From contig RDEW01000004.1 of NCBI GenBank assembly GCA_011109175.1, positions 1 through 64,000 of the forward strand: DNA of 64,000 bases. Direction: 5' to 3'. A program made the position numbers and the translations under genes. The notes under the pieces were generated by a model. That model was given only the letters and a program-made list of their open reading frames with translations, had not been told where the DNA came from and did no database searches. Every line of letters begins with the position of its first letter. Within the stretch, counting starts at the first letter, position 1. The stretch comes from Dicyema japonicum (lineage: Eukaryota > Animalia > Dicyemida). Below are positions 46,775 to 58,982 of the stretch, piece by piece.

Positions 46775-47343
46775 ATGGCAAGTAAAAAGACAATGAAAAA
46801 GCCTCAAAGGAGGCAACAGAGAAGCACATCAAACATATTTGCGATGATTGAGACTGACCAGATCAAGAGATTCAAGGAAGTCTTTGCAATTATTGACCAA
46901 GATAACGACGGAATTATTTCAAAGAATGACCTCAGAAACACCTACAACAGTTTAGGTAGGAAATTATTTACATTGGCAGGAATAAATCCCAAAGAGGGTG
47001 ATCTCGACGAAATGTTAAGGGAAATCTTAATTTTACGATGTACTTGGCCATGTTTGGGGAGAGACTGAAGGAATCTGACCCCGAGAATGTAATTGCCAGT
47101 GCCTTTGCCTGTCTGGACGCTGAGGGAAATGGTAGTGCTTCCGTTTTATTTCACAGGGTACTTAATGGAGGACGAACTGAGGGGATATTTGATTTCAATG
47201 GGGCAGCGAATGACTGACGATGAGGTACCGCACCGTCTGACTCGTAGATCGACATAATTTTCAGGGATGCCAAAGTAAAGGACCAGAAGTTATTGTACAA
47301 GGAGTGTGCGGCTATGCTCAAGCAGGGGCGGAAGGATGAATAA
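46775..47343 (+). CDS. MRLC: Myosin II regulatory light chain, 4 exons, apparent frameshift at about 47021-47028
   Basis: [10 protein letters not shown]; EF-hand [12 protein letters not shown]; [13 protein letters not shown]; introns 46956-46979 (24 nt), 47132-47156 (25 nt), 47225-47247 (23 nt); the conserved EAPG linker is missing with a frame change. Confidence 0.9.
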
Positions 47344-47569
47344 ACTAATTTGATTAATTTAACAAAGTTGTTCTGTGTGGTCTATTAGAATTTATTGCAT
47401 GATGCTATTAAAATCCAAAGATAGTGTAATTTTATGCAATTTTATTATCTTTGGAAAAATTTTAATTTAAAAACAAAAATAGTACAGTTTGGACATCAGA
47501 AAAAATAGGACAATTCTATTATTTTTTAAAATTTTTTTTTTTAAATCAAAAATTTATTAACAATAAAAT

Positions 47570-47670
47570 ATTATTTATTAACTATGGGGGAGAGCGGCTG
47601 CTGACATCACGGAGTAAGCGTTTCCGCGAACAACTGCGATACCAATTCTTTGCCTTAGCCAGACCGCGGA
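47570..47670 (-). mobile_element. CRE-like 3' end (sister of 9105-9240)
   Basis: Near-identical reverse complement of 9110-9235. Confidence 0.75.
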
Positions 47671-47839
47671 AAAAAATCTTGCAAGGAGACTCACTCTCTC
47701 CCCAGCTGTTTATGGTAATGGACCCACTAAGCCGAATATTAAATATAAAATTCCCGAATGTATTGATCAGAGTGATCCGTCTATTGCCACAAATGCGACT
47801 AACCATTTTCTTTTTATTGACGATTTGACAATAATTCCG

Positions 47840-48800
47840 AATATGAAGATACTATTTAGAAATGATGGAGGATATTGATGAATATCTGGGTGTTGTTGGC
47901 CTTAAAAGAAACTGTAAAAGTCTGCAACTAATCTGAAATGTGCCAAAGATACAAATTATCTGGATGGTTGTGAGGGATATCGCTATCTTGGAGTGTTAGA
48001 AGATAAAGGGAGTAAGGTTATGAAAGACAAAGTTATGGAAAAAATTGCTGAAAATGTGAAGAAAACGATACAGATGTGGCGAATTCGAAATTAAACGCTG
48101 TAAACTTGTTTAAAGCGATAAATGAATACTCTGTATAATTATTACATCGGGCTATTCGACATTGAACCACGTGAATTCGAAGCTATTGATTTAGAAATCC
48201 GGCGTATACTCTCTAACTTACGAGTGCACTTAAAACCTCCCAGCAAAGAAAGATTATGTCTCAGCAGGAATAATTTTGGAAGAGGATTAACCTCATTTCT
48301 GATAAGAGTGAATGCATGTTATTTCAATTTTTGACCGACCTAGAAAGGAAATCTCCCATGTGTCTTCGAAGGGCAGGAATTTTGTGGGTCCTAAAACAAA
48401 GGAAAACACATATGACCACTATCGCAAGCTTTATTGCACTCAAAAACAATGTGGATGACCTATCTAACTTGAACACTGATATTTAAAGGAATATCAAAGG
48501 AAGACTAATCAGAAATTGCTTCATTCAATTATATTTAAGTGTTTTGAAAATACGAATGTCGATATCAATGGATCAACAGAATGGCTTACTGGGGGAAACA
48601 ATAGTCCAAGGTCGGAAGCAATGTACTGCATGATACAGGATCGGAATCTGTTCTTTGAAAAGATCAAAGCAAATTGCAGTCATTGTGATATGGCCAAAAA
48701 ATGTGTGGATTCACCTGGCTCCACGGTGTATCAGGATGCTTAGCGGTTTGTATATGCGGCGACATAACGAAATTGTAAGATGTATACACCTACAACTATG
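47840..48800 (+). mobile_element. R4/Dong-like RLE LINE fragment (RT thumb and CCHC knuckle)
   Basis: SKLNAVNLFKAINE; ERLCLSRNNFGRGL; EWLTGGNNSPRSEAMYCMIQDRN; CSHC..VDHLAPRC..RRHNEIVRCIHLQLC. Confidence 0.8.
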
Positions 48801-50200
48801 TCGTCAAAATGAACCGAGAGGGTAAAGACGCATACAGTCCAATCAATTGTGTCAAGCAGAAAGTTGAATACGAGTCGACGCAACACCACAAACGGATATA
48901 AAAGTTAAAAATAACAAACCTGATATAATCGTGGGAATAGGTAGTCTTTGTATTAAGCAGTGTTTCTTTTACATCCGTTTCTGAAAAGTAGGAAGATAAG
49001 CGGTCCCTCTTCGGTTTTTCCAAAGGAAGTTGACCTGTCTGATCTTCCGTTTCTCTTTATGGGCACTATTCACATAATACTTCATAATGGAATTCAGATC
49101 CTTCTGGCTGTATTCGGATTCGTAGGTTGGTCTATCATCAGCCCTTGATATGTCCCGAATGATTTTCCATATTTGGGGGCAGTTGTCTGATTTCGGTTCA
49201 AAGCTGTGAGAACTCGTGACCATTTTTTTCTGTATCTTAAGTTCTTCGGCCTTTATATTTTCATTCAGTGCTTTCAGTCGGAGTTTTGCCTCAGTTGAGC
49301 GAAATCCAGCGTTTTGAGGAATTTCTTTCCTTGACCAAAGCCTCTTGTGTAGCAGGTGTGTCCTATTGGGACAGCCATTTTTCTTTCTTGCAGGATGATG
49401 TCATTTATGTGATACACCGCCTTGTCAAGGGAGGAGAAATCCACCAGATTTACATCAGCCAAACGATTTCAGTAATAATCCGGAAAAAGTTCCAGTTTGC
49501 GGATTTGTACATGTAGGTCGGCTTCTTATCACAAAATACCTCCCTCCTGATCTTCAATAAAATAGGATTGTGGTCGCTTCTGTATGACAGACCAAGTTAC
49601 TCTTGTAGAGAGAGTTGGAGAGCAGAGAGTGATGTCTGGGGATGTAGGTTGGTCAGAATTCATGAAAAGGATTCTTGTGTGTTTCGAGGGGTCATTAATG
49701 ATCATCAGTTTTCTAGACTGCGAGAGTAGAAGTCTTCCTCTTGCATCGGCAGGCTGACTTGACAGCCAAAGGGGATGTTTGGCACTCAGGTCTCCGCAGA
49801 TCAAGATATCCCCCATATTTTCCAAAGTAGATAAGTCAACCATTGAATACTTCTTAGGGCATGAACCAAAAGGAGGTATATAAACGTTCACCAGAAACAA
49901 TTTTCCTTTTGTTGAACTCACAGAGATTCTATGGTTTCCGTGGTTTCATCGTCTTCAAGGAGATTCTTTATTTCTGATAAACAGTCCTGAGACTTAAGTC
50001 CTTTTCTAATAATCGTTAGTAGTCCACATCCACATTTCTCTGTACGATCTTTCCGAATAACATTGAATCCAGGAAAAATAAGCGTAGAGTCCTTAGGAAT
50101 CAATTTAGACTCTTGAATTAACAAGATGTCAATTTTGATTTTTTAGATGAGTGTTCTGAGCTCCAAGATTTTACCTTTGATTCCATTCACGTTGAGTATT
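48790..50200 (-). mobile_element. Vingi-like LINE APE region, degenerate
   Basis: LNVNGIKGKILEL, LIQESK, RKDR..GLL, VNVYIPP, LICGDLSAKHPLW, TSPDITL. Confidence 0.8.
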
Positions 50201-50269
50201 AATTAATTACAATTTATTTTCTTTGATAATATTAAAATTTAGCGTTTAACTGTAAAAAAGTATCACAAA

Positions 50270-50530
50270 TACTTATTAAACCAGAAAACCACCATCATAT
50301 CAAAAATAAACAAAATTCTGGTGACCCCGGCCTCCCTCAATAGTCTTCGCATCTTTTCTCGGAATTCTGACTGCGTTCCTGCGCATTTCCAATATGGATG
50401 GGTCCGCATACCCGAGTCCTTCGCAGGGGCACTGTTCCAGTCGCCTCTATCATATTTTTAAGGCAGGATTTCCACACGGGAAGATTTCCTTAGTAGGTTT
50501 GCTGCTTTCAAATACTTAATCTGGGTTTTA
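50270..50530 (-). mobile_element. Short Vingi-derived element (3' tail with head relic)
   Basis: EKMRRLLREAGVT, 3' stem GGGGTCAC/GTGGTTTT, relic CCTACTAAGG hairpin; homologous to 23690-23870. Confidence 0.55.
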
Positions 50531-50579
50531 AATTATTCTCAAAAATAACCAATTTAAAAAAAGACAATTTATATGGAAA

Positions 50580-51780
50580 TTAACAAAAACTATCAATTGC
50601 TAGAGAAATTAAAATTTAGCATGAAGGTTGCAATATGTCATTGGATTTATTGATTTGATAGTCATTTTAACAACATCATTAAATTAGCCTTCCACACCTT
50701 TCAATAAGATAATTTTCAATATCACAATTTTGTTCCAAAATTGGTAATTTCAATGAGTTCGTGAAACGAATTTTCATTCATTATGATTGCTTCACATTCG
50801 CAAAAATAATCCTATCTTCTTTTACTAACGAGATTTTCGGAATAACAAAATCTCGCTTTTAAGAAACTCCCCCATCTTGTGATAATTACATCCGGAGGAA
50901 TTTAATCTCATCAAACATAGTTCTGCGCTTTATTGATTTCGAAAGAGAAATTTTCATTTTTCGAATTAGTCGTTAACTGGGGTATTTTGACATCATTTTT
51001 ATTGTACAATTTAGCAAATGATAAAAAACGAGTAATATGAAAAACTTTATTATTTTCAGTAAATTGACAGCCTTCACCATATAAAGAGCCGCATCGCTAT
51101 TAATAATATCAAATTTGAAATTTTTAATAAGAATTCATCAAAAAGATCTCTATTTGTTTGAATTATAACATTCGAATTCAAATATGCTGAATTTATAGCT
51201 GATTTCACAATGTATAAAGTCTCTGGTTTGCAAATTGTCCCGATAAGTACATTTAACATTATTTTCCGTTAATGCTACTTTCATGAATAATTAACTAGAA
51301 TTGTTTTTTTAATGTTTTCTGTAGTTCAATATTGTAAAGATCATAAAGTTTACGAATATTTTTTCGAAGTGCTTAGTAGACGTTACATGATAATTTAATG
51401 AATAGCTTTTTTATATAACTATTCCCTAATTTGTAAAGTGGATATATTTAAAAATTTTTTAACCAAAAAAGATCCAGTTTTTCTTATTTTTCCTCGGAAA
51501 GAAAAAGTTGAGCGGTCTCTATACTTTTTTGGCATTGTGTCTGATGTCTTTTTCCATTAAGGTGATGATCGATGTCGTATTGTTTTGATTACTTTACTAT
51601 CTTAGAGCCTTTTTGGCAAAATAAATCTCCTTTAGGTGTTCTTGTAAAAATGTATGAGTTTTTGGAAATTGCTCTTGAAATTCGTTCCTTGTTTTTCCTC
51701 GGAGTTCTAATAGTTTTAATAATCGAGAAAATACAAACCTGTCTTAAATGAAGACTGTCAATGCACAACAAAAAACAATT
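50580..51780 (-). mobile_element. hAT-like (CGGBP1-related) transposase, degenerate
   Basis: KGDLFC zinc-finger relic, LNVLIGT, VIITRWGSFL. Confidence 0.55.
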
Positions 51781-51869
51781 TATAAAGTTTAATTTAAAAT
51801 GAAATGAAAAAATACTAACAAATTAAAATAATTATAATTATTTATTTTAGGACAAATTTATCTTTGATT

Positions 51870-52055
51870 CAATCAGACTCCGCATTTATCCCCAGTCTTC
51901 ATTCAGAGGAGGCGACGGTGAGAAATGGCTAGGGCTTCCTACGTATGTGCAATGAGCTAGGAAACCCATAAATAAATCTTTGAAATATGGGGATCACTTA
52001 ATTAATTTGTTTAGTTCCTTTCTCGGTGTTCTCTTTTTCGGGGTTAAAAAATAAA
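51870..52055 (+). mobile_element. Vingi-like 3' end
   Basis: GGGATCAC (51990)/GTGTTCTC (52026) stem; GGGGTT-AAAAAATAAA. Confidence 0.65.
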
Positions 52056-52733
52056 GTGTGGGAGATGAATTCAGTCGAGTTATCAAAAAACTAATTGAAA
52101 AAAATAAGAGATATTAAATTGATATAGAAACTGTTCAGTCGACAGACAAAAATGAAAAGTATCGCGAAATTCTGGGCGAAACGACGAAAAGGCAATGTCG
52201 TGTAAAATTTTTATTTTAAGACGAAAGGACATATTTTCTTAAAAATAGCAAAAATCAAAAGAAAGGTGAAATAATAAAACAGAAAATCCTATCGACACAA
52301 GATCTTAGTGACGAATGACCGTCATGTTGGATGTTCTAAATTTTAACATAAAACTGGCAGTTCCGTGGTTCAATGGGGGAGAAATTCTTAGAGTTATGGC
52401 AGAATTCAGTTAGTGACTTTAATGGTTTCCATAGGATGAATTGTATTTCAATAAGAAACTGCCGATAAATCTATTAAATCGATTGGGAAGCTAACTTGAG
52501 GCTATCCATTATTGCCCACAGTCACTTTAGGAAACCAGGGTGTAACAGAAAAGTAGCAGCCATAAGGGGAATGTTTTAAGAGATCATCAAAACGTATCTT
52601 ATATGGGCAGAGCATACCAAGAGGAGAGTCTCTTGTTGTGGTCTAGCAAGAAGGATGAGGGCAACAAACTTGGAGGATATTACAGACAATGAATTAAAGG
52701 AAAATTTACTAAGAAAACGTTAAAGGAGTTAAA

Positions 52734-53374
52734 TCAGCTTTTAAATAACTTTTTGAATAAATATAGGAGATTTTTCGATTTAGTGTCGAATATCATATTA
52801 TTGGACATATTCTTGGAGGGCTGGGAGGCCTTCCTCAAAATATAATTTTTGGATCTTTGGTTTTTTAAATCAAAATATATTTTGAGAATCTTCGAGAAAA
52901 ACATCTTCACTGAGTCACTGTCCATGGTAGAGAAAATATAGGTGGTAAAGGGGAGCTTGGAGTCCTTTTCAATAGAGATTTCACTAGTGACCGGGTCCAT
53001 AACATTCGCCACAAATGCTATGAACGGTAAAAACTTTTGTCGCAGGTCCTCGATCTGCTTCAATATATCCATCGCCTTTTTGTGAGAGACTCTGTCTCCC
53101 TTCTTATAGACTATAATTATGATATCAGCCTCCATGATTGACAGTTTCATCATAGCTGTGCTGGAAAATGCACCACATGTGTCCACCATCTTGAATGATG
53201 TGTCGCATTTGTTGTCGATGCTTACTCCATAGATGTCCCCAACTGTTGGAATATAAGTCACCACTTTCGCCCCCACAAATAATTTGAAATTAGCGATGTT
53301 TTTCCCACCATTTTGTACCCCATCACATAAATTTTAAAGCTGTAGAATCTATTGGCCAACCTGTTGTCGCTCAT
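52734..53374 (-). CDS. Atypical Ras-family GTPase (DIRAS/RASD-like), 1-nt frameshift at about 53265-53274
   Basis: G1 GYKMVGKT, switch I YIPTVGDIY, G3 DTCG, AMMKLSI; adding one base in the A or G run restores the spacing between G1 and YIPT that I recall for DIRAS; G4 is NVMD; no CaaX. Confidence 0.75.
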
Positions 53375-53549
53375 TCCATTAAAACACAGTCTATGAGACG
53401 TGTCTATCTATTTAGCACGATTCTATTTTTGAAAGAAGCGCACAATAAAAGTGTCCCAAAATATCCTATTGATTTCGATATTATTAGATTTATTTAACTG
53501 TTTTATTATTAACAATTAATTTGGAATCGGAGACCGCTTTCGTTTTTTA

Positions 53550-53770
53550 CCTGAGGCAATCGAACCATCGGGAAGTATCACAGCCTCGTTCCTGATGGAA
53601 ATAGTGGGGAAATTGGCCCATCGTAAGAAAGACGTGCAGGAAACGGTCTGGCTAAGGCAACGAATGGCGATTGCAGTTGTCCGCGAAAGCGCCGTAATGT
53701 CAGCAACCGCACTACCATAACTGCATTTTCCCCCTTTTGTTTTAATTATTTAATTGATTAATAAATAATT
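53550..53770 (+). mobile_element. CRE-like 3' end
   Basis: AIEPSGSITASFLMEI..WLRQRMAIAVVRES. Confidence 0.7.
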
Positions 53771-53815
53771 TAATTCAAAAAAATTTTATTTTATAAAAAA
53801 AATTAAAAATTTGAA

Positions 53816-54525
53816 TTGGAAATATGCCTCGTAGCCAACTCCGTTCGAGGAACTTGTGAGGAGTACGGGAGCCCATTTGAAACCTCCAAATTTCCGAAAT
53901 TAAAAATTGGGGAAACATCTTGGAATAAAAGAAATTTACCAGATTTCTTCGATAATTTGAATTATTATCGACCATTTGGCCGCAATAATATATTTAATTG
54001 TGATGAAACATCTTTATATATCAAAAAATTCCAAACAAAATCTTTTGTCGAAAATGCCGATAAATGCTTCGGAACGAAACAATGTAAGGAGAAAGTGCTC
54101 TATACAATGGAATTCCTACACAAACTGAAGGAATTAGTGATCCTGAAATTATAATCGAGAAATTCGAGAATCTAAAAAAAAGCTTGAAGAAATGATATAC
54201 AATGCATCACCCTCTGCACTTGATGACTAATACGACTTAGACTTAAATTGGGGAAAGTTTTAAAAGAAGGAAGAAACCATAAAATAACTGATTATTTTCT
54301 TAAACAATTATAAGGACTTTGTTTTCTCATAAAGCACAGGCAAATGACGCGGAGGCTAAACGTATCGAATCGTCTAGTCACGTGTCACTTATTACAATCA
54401 AGAAAAAAAATCTTATACAATCAAATAAAAACTTTCCGCGTTAAAAATTGTCAGAGTGCAATGGAAACATTGCAGAAGCATCTAGACAACTTGGTATAGA
54501 CTGTAGGTGTCTTCGAAGTTGGCTT
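53816..54525 (+). mobile_element. pogo-like transposase fragments
   Basis: NIFNCDETSLY; separate HTH fragment NGNIAEASRQLGIDCRCLRSWLK at 54420-54525. Confidence 0.6.
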
Positions 54526-54942
54526 AAAATAATACAAATTTGTCAAATTCATCAACCGTCTCACGTAAATTAGGAACTTTTGGAAGAAAAGCGTTTTTTT
54601 CCTGAAATTGAAAAAAAATGTTCGAATGGACCTTTCGAGTGAAAAAATCGGTGGCTAACAAGAACTTCACAGCCAAGAACGGACGCTCCCAGAGATTCGA
54701 CAGGTACATTTGGTTCTGTGCAGAATCCGTAGGTTCCCAATACCGTAATGTAAAATATATAGGTTAAAAAATAGTTGAATACATAAACCACCTCTTACTT
54801 AAAGCAAAGAGTTTGAAGTCAAAATATTAATAAAATATGTTACCCTACAAAATTGTGGATACTCAAACCTGCTAATTCTCTATTCAAACTACTCGTTAAG
54901 GAAATGGGGCTTGTTAGGTCGTAATTTATCGTTTTAATGACT

Positions 54943-55146
54943 TTATGGTAGGAAAATGTAGTTGTAATGTTCACTGTAATGAAAGTGAAGAATATTTATT
55001 CGAGAACTAAAATTGATTTGATACAAGTTTGGGGTTCCTATAAAATTACCCCCAAATGCATCAATTATCGAGTGATTTAGCCACTTCCATTTATTTTGTA
55101 CGACAGTGACATCTCGTGTACATGAAACTAATGGAAAAATGGTCAT
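54943..55146 (-). pseudogene. Ulp1/C48 cysteine-protease-like relic, probably transposon-borne
   Basis: KWLNHSIIDAF (WLNDxIIxxY-like) followed by INILHF. Confidence 0.4.
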
Positions 55147-55689
55147 TGATCTTAGGAAATTGATGACTTTGATGACGAATTCTGACTAACCTTTGGACAA
55201 ATTATTTTCCACAGCATCATAGGTGATGATGATTAGCCAATAGATTTTCAAACTTTGAGATTGCTAAGTGGACGATGTCTCCCAAAGAATTGAAGTTATA
55301 AAATTATCAATAACCATTGATCATCATATTTGGGGGAGTAAATGTCTGCTTTATTACGTTTGCCCCCAAACATTAATAGAAGCATAGACTTTTAACTCGG
55401 GAAGTTTGTGTCCACCTGGCGTGCCTCCCACTCACCAACAGGTTTATAAGCCTATATGAACGATCGGGTTTGTCAATTCCCTTTCTGTCCACTAGACGAC
55501 CAAAAGGCAGGACATCTCTTCTCTCTTCTTATTCCGCCTTGTGTAAATATACTTGACGAATTTCTGGTATCATCAACTTTTGGTGGTTACCTTCCTGTTT
55601 GTCATCGATTTCCTTCACTTGAAAGTACAGAAGGGTTAATTTTATTTGTTTAAAGGTCAAGAATCAACATTAAATTAAGGACAAGAAAA

Positions 55690-56640
55690 TCCCGTTCACT
55701 TAAGTGATCACCTCATCTTTGCTTGTTGTTCCTCATGTGATCACACAGACTTTGTAGCTCGCGCGTTCACGTGAAATGATCCGCACCTCATTCTCCCCCT
55801 AAGCCTCAAAGAATGTAGGGTCTACCAAAGAAAACTTCTTAAGATTCCAATTAGTGAGTATTGGAAAGCTTTGATTTTTTAAGTGTGTTTTGCGAGGTTT
55901 GTACCCAAAGCGGTACAACTGTAGCCGATGATTGGCTCAATGTGCTGAGTATATAGGAGTCTAACGGTTGCTCAAACTGGATAGCAGAAAATGGGAATAA
56001 GATGAACCACGGAGGAAGACTAATAAGCTTAAGTCCTTAATTGGAGACAATGAGGAGCTTGTTCGAAGAAAGATCCTTGCTACAGCTCACTAAACAAATT
56101 AACCACTCCTATTGTATATTTCGTCAATGTCGGCGATTTCCAGGGCTGAAGAACTCAGGATAAACTCTTTCCAGGCCATTCCTTGAACTGAATTGTCCGA
56201 AGAGAATCAACAAAAAAACTCTACAATGTTTGATCTACTGGTTCTTTGAGCGATTACTGATATATTGTGGGGGCTTTTCGAAGACATACTAAGAATGGAA
56301 ATTGATACATCCTCTAACATTCGATGGGGGAATACTCTACTGAGCAGAGATGTCAAACTCATCTTGCTTCGAGGGCCGAATTTATAATGGTCTTTTGAAG
56401 AAGAGTGCCTTAACAGCAGCACGAGCTCCTCCTTCTGACGTTAAAGTCTATGAGGTTCAAATGACAGACCCCATTTTCTCATGTTGAAGTCTTCTTTTTC
56501 CCCTCAATTCAACGTTCCACTTAAAAAACATGTTTTTGTTTGAGTTTTGGAAATACTCTGTGCAGTGTGGACAAGCAAAGTAGGTCAGAACTAAGAGCGA
56601 AAGTCCCCAAGTTCGGATAGGTAGAAATTTAATTTTCATA
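55690..56640 (-). mobile_element. Vingi-like LINE RT thumb to C-terminus, degenerate
   Basis: KSVCSHEEQQAKMR C-terminal motif; RT thumb relics. Confidence 0.5.
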
Positions 56641-57119
56641 AAATAGTGTTAAATTACATTTTAGAGATCAAATCGATGTACGAAAACGGTATCCATGAAA
56701 TTATACTGATTTGGTCAAAATAACCTTGATGGCAAAATCATCAACATTAATTTTACGTTTAATAACCTTTAAAGAACCTTAAAATATGGCCGTTTTCTTA
56801 AATTTGATTTTCTGGATCGTTTGTCGTGAATAGGAAAAGGATAGGAGAAACTGACATATAAACGCGCCACTACCAGTGATCGATCTCGAGATCTAACCGA
56901 CGATGTGGGTATACGAGATTTATTTGCATGATGAAATCACCATCTCAATATGATTTTCCAACATTGCAAGCATTTTTGCTTATTTCATAGCTTGCAGTAG
57001 TTGATTATTATTAACCCCAGACTTACCATTGTAAGCCCAGCACAAAGTCATAACTAACCCAAGGAAGAAACCAAAGGGAGAACATCTGCTTGTGCCGACC
57101 AAATCCATCTTCTAATATT

Positions 57120-57582
57120 TCATTACAGGCTTCCGCTTTCGAAGTGAGGTGGAGAAGTAGGTCCGCACTCTTCCATTTTTGTCCCACGTCCTACCGTCGC
57201 GGACATCACATCATTCTTTAGCGGAATAGTTTTCATAATGCAATCTTCATTAGAGGGTTTGGTCAGGGAGAACAGTAGGAAGATCCCTTTTAACAAGTGT
57301 GTCGTGCCAGAAGGACTCGTCGCCTTACGGGTGGGATCTGTTTGACAAGAATTGACCTTCACTAAAAAACTCAGTCTTTCTGAACCCACGACCTTCAGAT
57401 CCGATGTCATCAGACGTTAACGTTCAGCCAGAAGGCATGCAGTAACTGATGGAGTACTTCGATTATATTTTTTTGTAAAATGAGTATGTAGCGCAGTTAA
57501 ATTTTTTGCAATTCATTTAGCTTTGAAACACGAATTTTACCTTCTTGGTTAATAAGCAACTTAATACCTTCGAAATAATTGT
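57120..57582 (-). mobile_element. N-terminal fragment of the CRE-like subfamily at 29005-31062
   Basis: NYFEG.KLL.N..THFTK.(H/Y)NRS..SVT shared with 30801-31062; VMSATV shared with 17340-17440. Confidence 0.45.
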
Positions 57583-57599
57583 ATGATGGGTAATGCCTT

Positions 57600-58020
57600 T
57601 TTAGGTTTATTCTTTCGGTATAGCAATAAACTGGTTACATATCAAACAATGTATTTTTCCATCAACCGATTCTCAAGCACGAATCTTTTCAAATCAGTTC
57701 AGATACCTGGAGTAGCTGCCTCAACCGCGGAAAATTTAAAAATCAAGAAATATTCGTGCCTCGGGGACCGCTACCGATTTATTCCTGTTGCGGTCGAGTC
57801 ATCGGGACCGTTGGTCCAATGACGGCTGAGTTCTTGCGAGAACTCGGAGGATGCTTGTCAGAAAGAAAATGGATCAACGAGAAGGGTTATGGCTGAGACA
57901 AAAGATTGGAATGGCCATACTCCGAGAAAAACTCGTTCTCGATCCACGCACGCATCAACTAACATTTGTTTTTTTGTTAAATAATTGTCATTAAAAAATA
58001 GAAAATAAATATATTTTATT
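57600..58020 (+). mobile_element. CRE-like 3' end (RLE)
   Basis: AASTAENLKIKKY..RFIPVAVESSG; 3' UTR matches 7050-7090. Confidence 0.85.
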
Positions 58021-58069
58021 TTCATTAAATGTAAAAAATAACAAAATTATTTTTTGTGTTTTATAGTCA

Positions 58070-58860
58070 TTAAATCGGGTTGCATTTATGCTTGTCGAGG
58101 GCAGCATGTTTGACACCCCTGTTATTGAGAGTCATGTAAAGAGTGTAGTATACGATTCTTCTGCACTTGCAGTCATTAGATTGAATTTGTGTCCAACAGG
58201 TCCCTTCAATTGTTCAGTGCCCATTTGACACATCTGAGCGGAATTATTATGTCATCTGAATATGATAGTATTAGTGGTTTGTCGTCGGACTTTCCCGGTA
58301 GGTCGAATAAAAACAAATTACATAGGGGTGGTGACGAGAGGATTCACGTGGCAGTTTGTAGGAATTTTGAGACGGACTTGAAAGTTATTGACACGACTTT
58401 TCTTCTCCGTCCACTGACAAAGTTCTCAACCACTCTTTAATTTACTTGGAATATCTGAACATCTTCCCAAGTCCTCTGGATTGAGTCGAAACCATTTTGT
58501 ATGTGAATAGAGCCTACTATGGTGTTTTCAATGCCCGGAATGAAGATTTTTGTGATGAACAAAGGTGGGGTATAAGTCTGTTTATTAGTTAAGCAACCCC
58601 GACCTCACTAACTTGTAGGAGACCAGTAGCTATTATGTACGACAAAGCGACTCCCATAGATTGGTCATTCTTGGCAATGTAGAAGAGCAGTTTAGTAATT
58701 CAGGACATTCAAAAAGGTTATTTCCTGTCGTAGTTGGAAGTATGTCCCTCGTTACTCCTATGTCGAAGTCCTTCGAGCAAGGGCGATAAGAAGAACCAGG
58801 ATCACCTAATTAGTTCGGTTACTATTGCCTTCTTTCTCGGTATTTCCTAGGATTATATAA
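58070..58860. mobile_element. Vingi-like RT fragment (-, 58070-58450) abutting a Vingi-like 3' end (+, 58450-58860)
   Basis: NFVSGRR..SYSDDI relics; AGGATCACCTAATTAG motif at about 58800. Confidence 0.55.
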
Positions 58861-58982
58861 AAATTGTCAAAAAATTAAAAAACTTAAATTTAATTTTTGC
58901 GTTATTTTTTATTTTATTATTTATTTAAAAATAAAATTTATTTTTAAAAGTTGTCACGTGTTTCTTCTGTTTGATTTCAATT

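Noticed and set aside
53260-53280. Programmed ribosomal frameshifting in the Ras-like gene (also CRE about 4985 and RTE about 61990)
   Set aside because: All are 1-nt indels in short homopolymers without a slippery heptamer plus stimulator; sequencing error or decay is simpler
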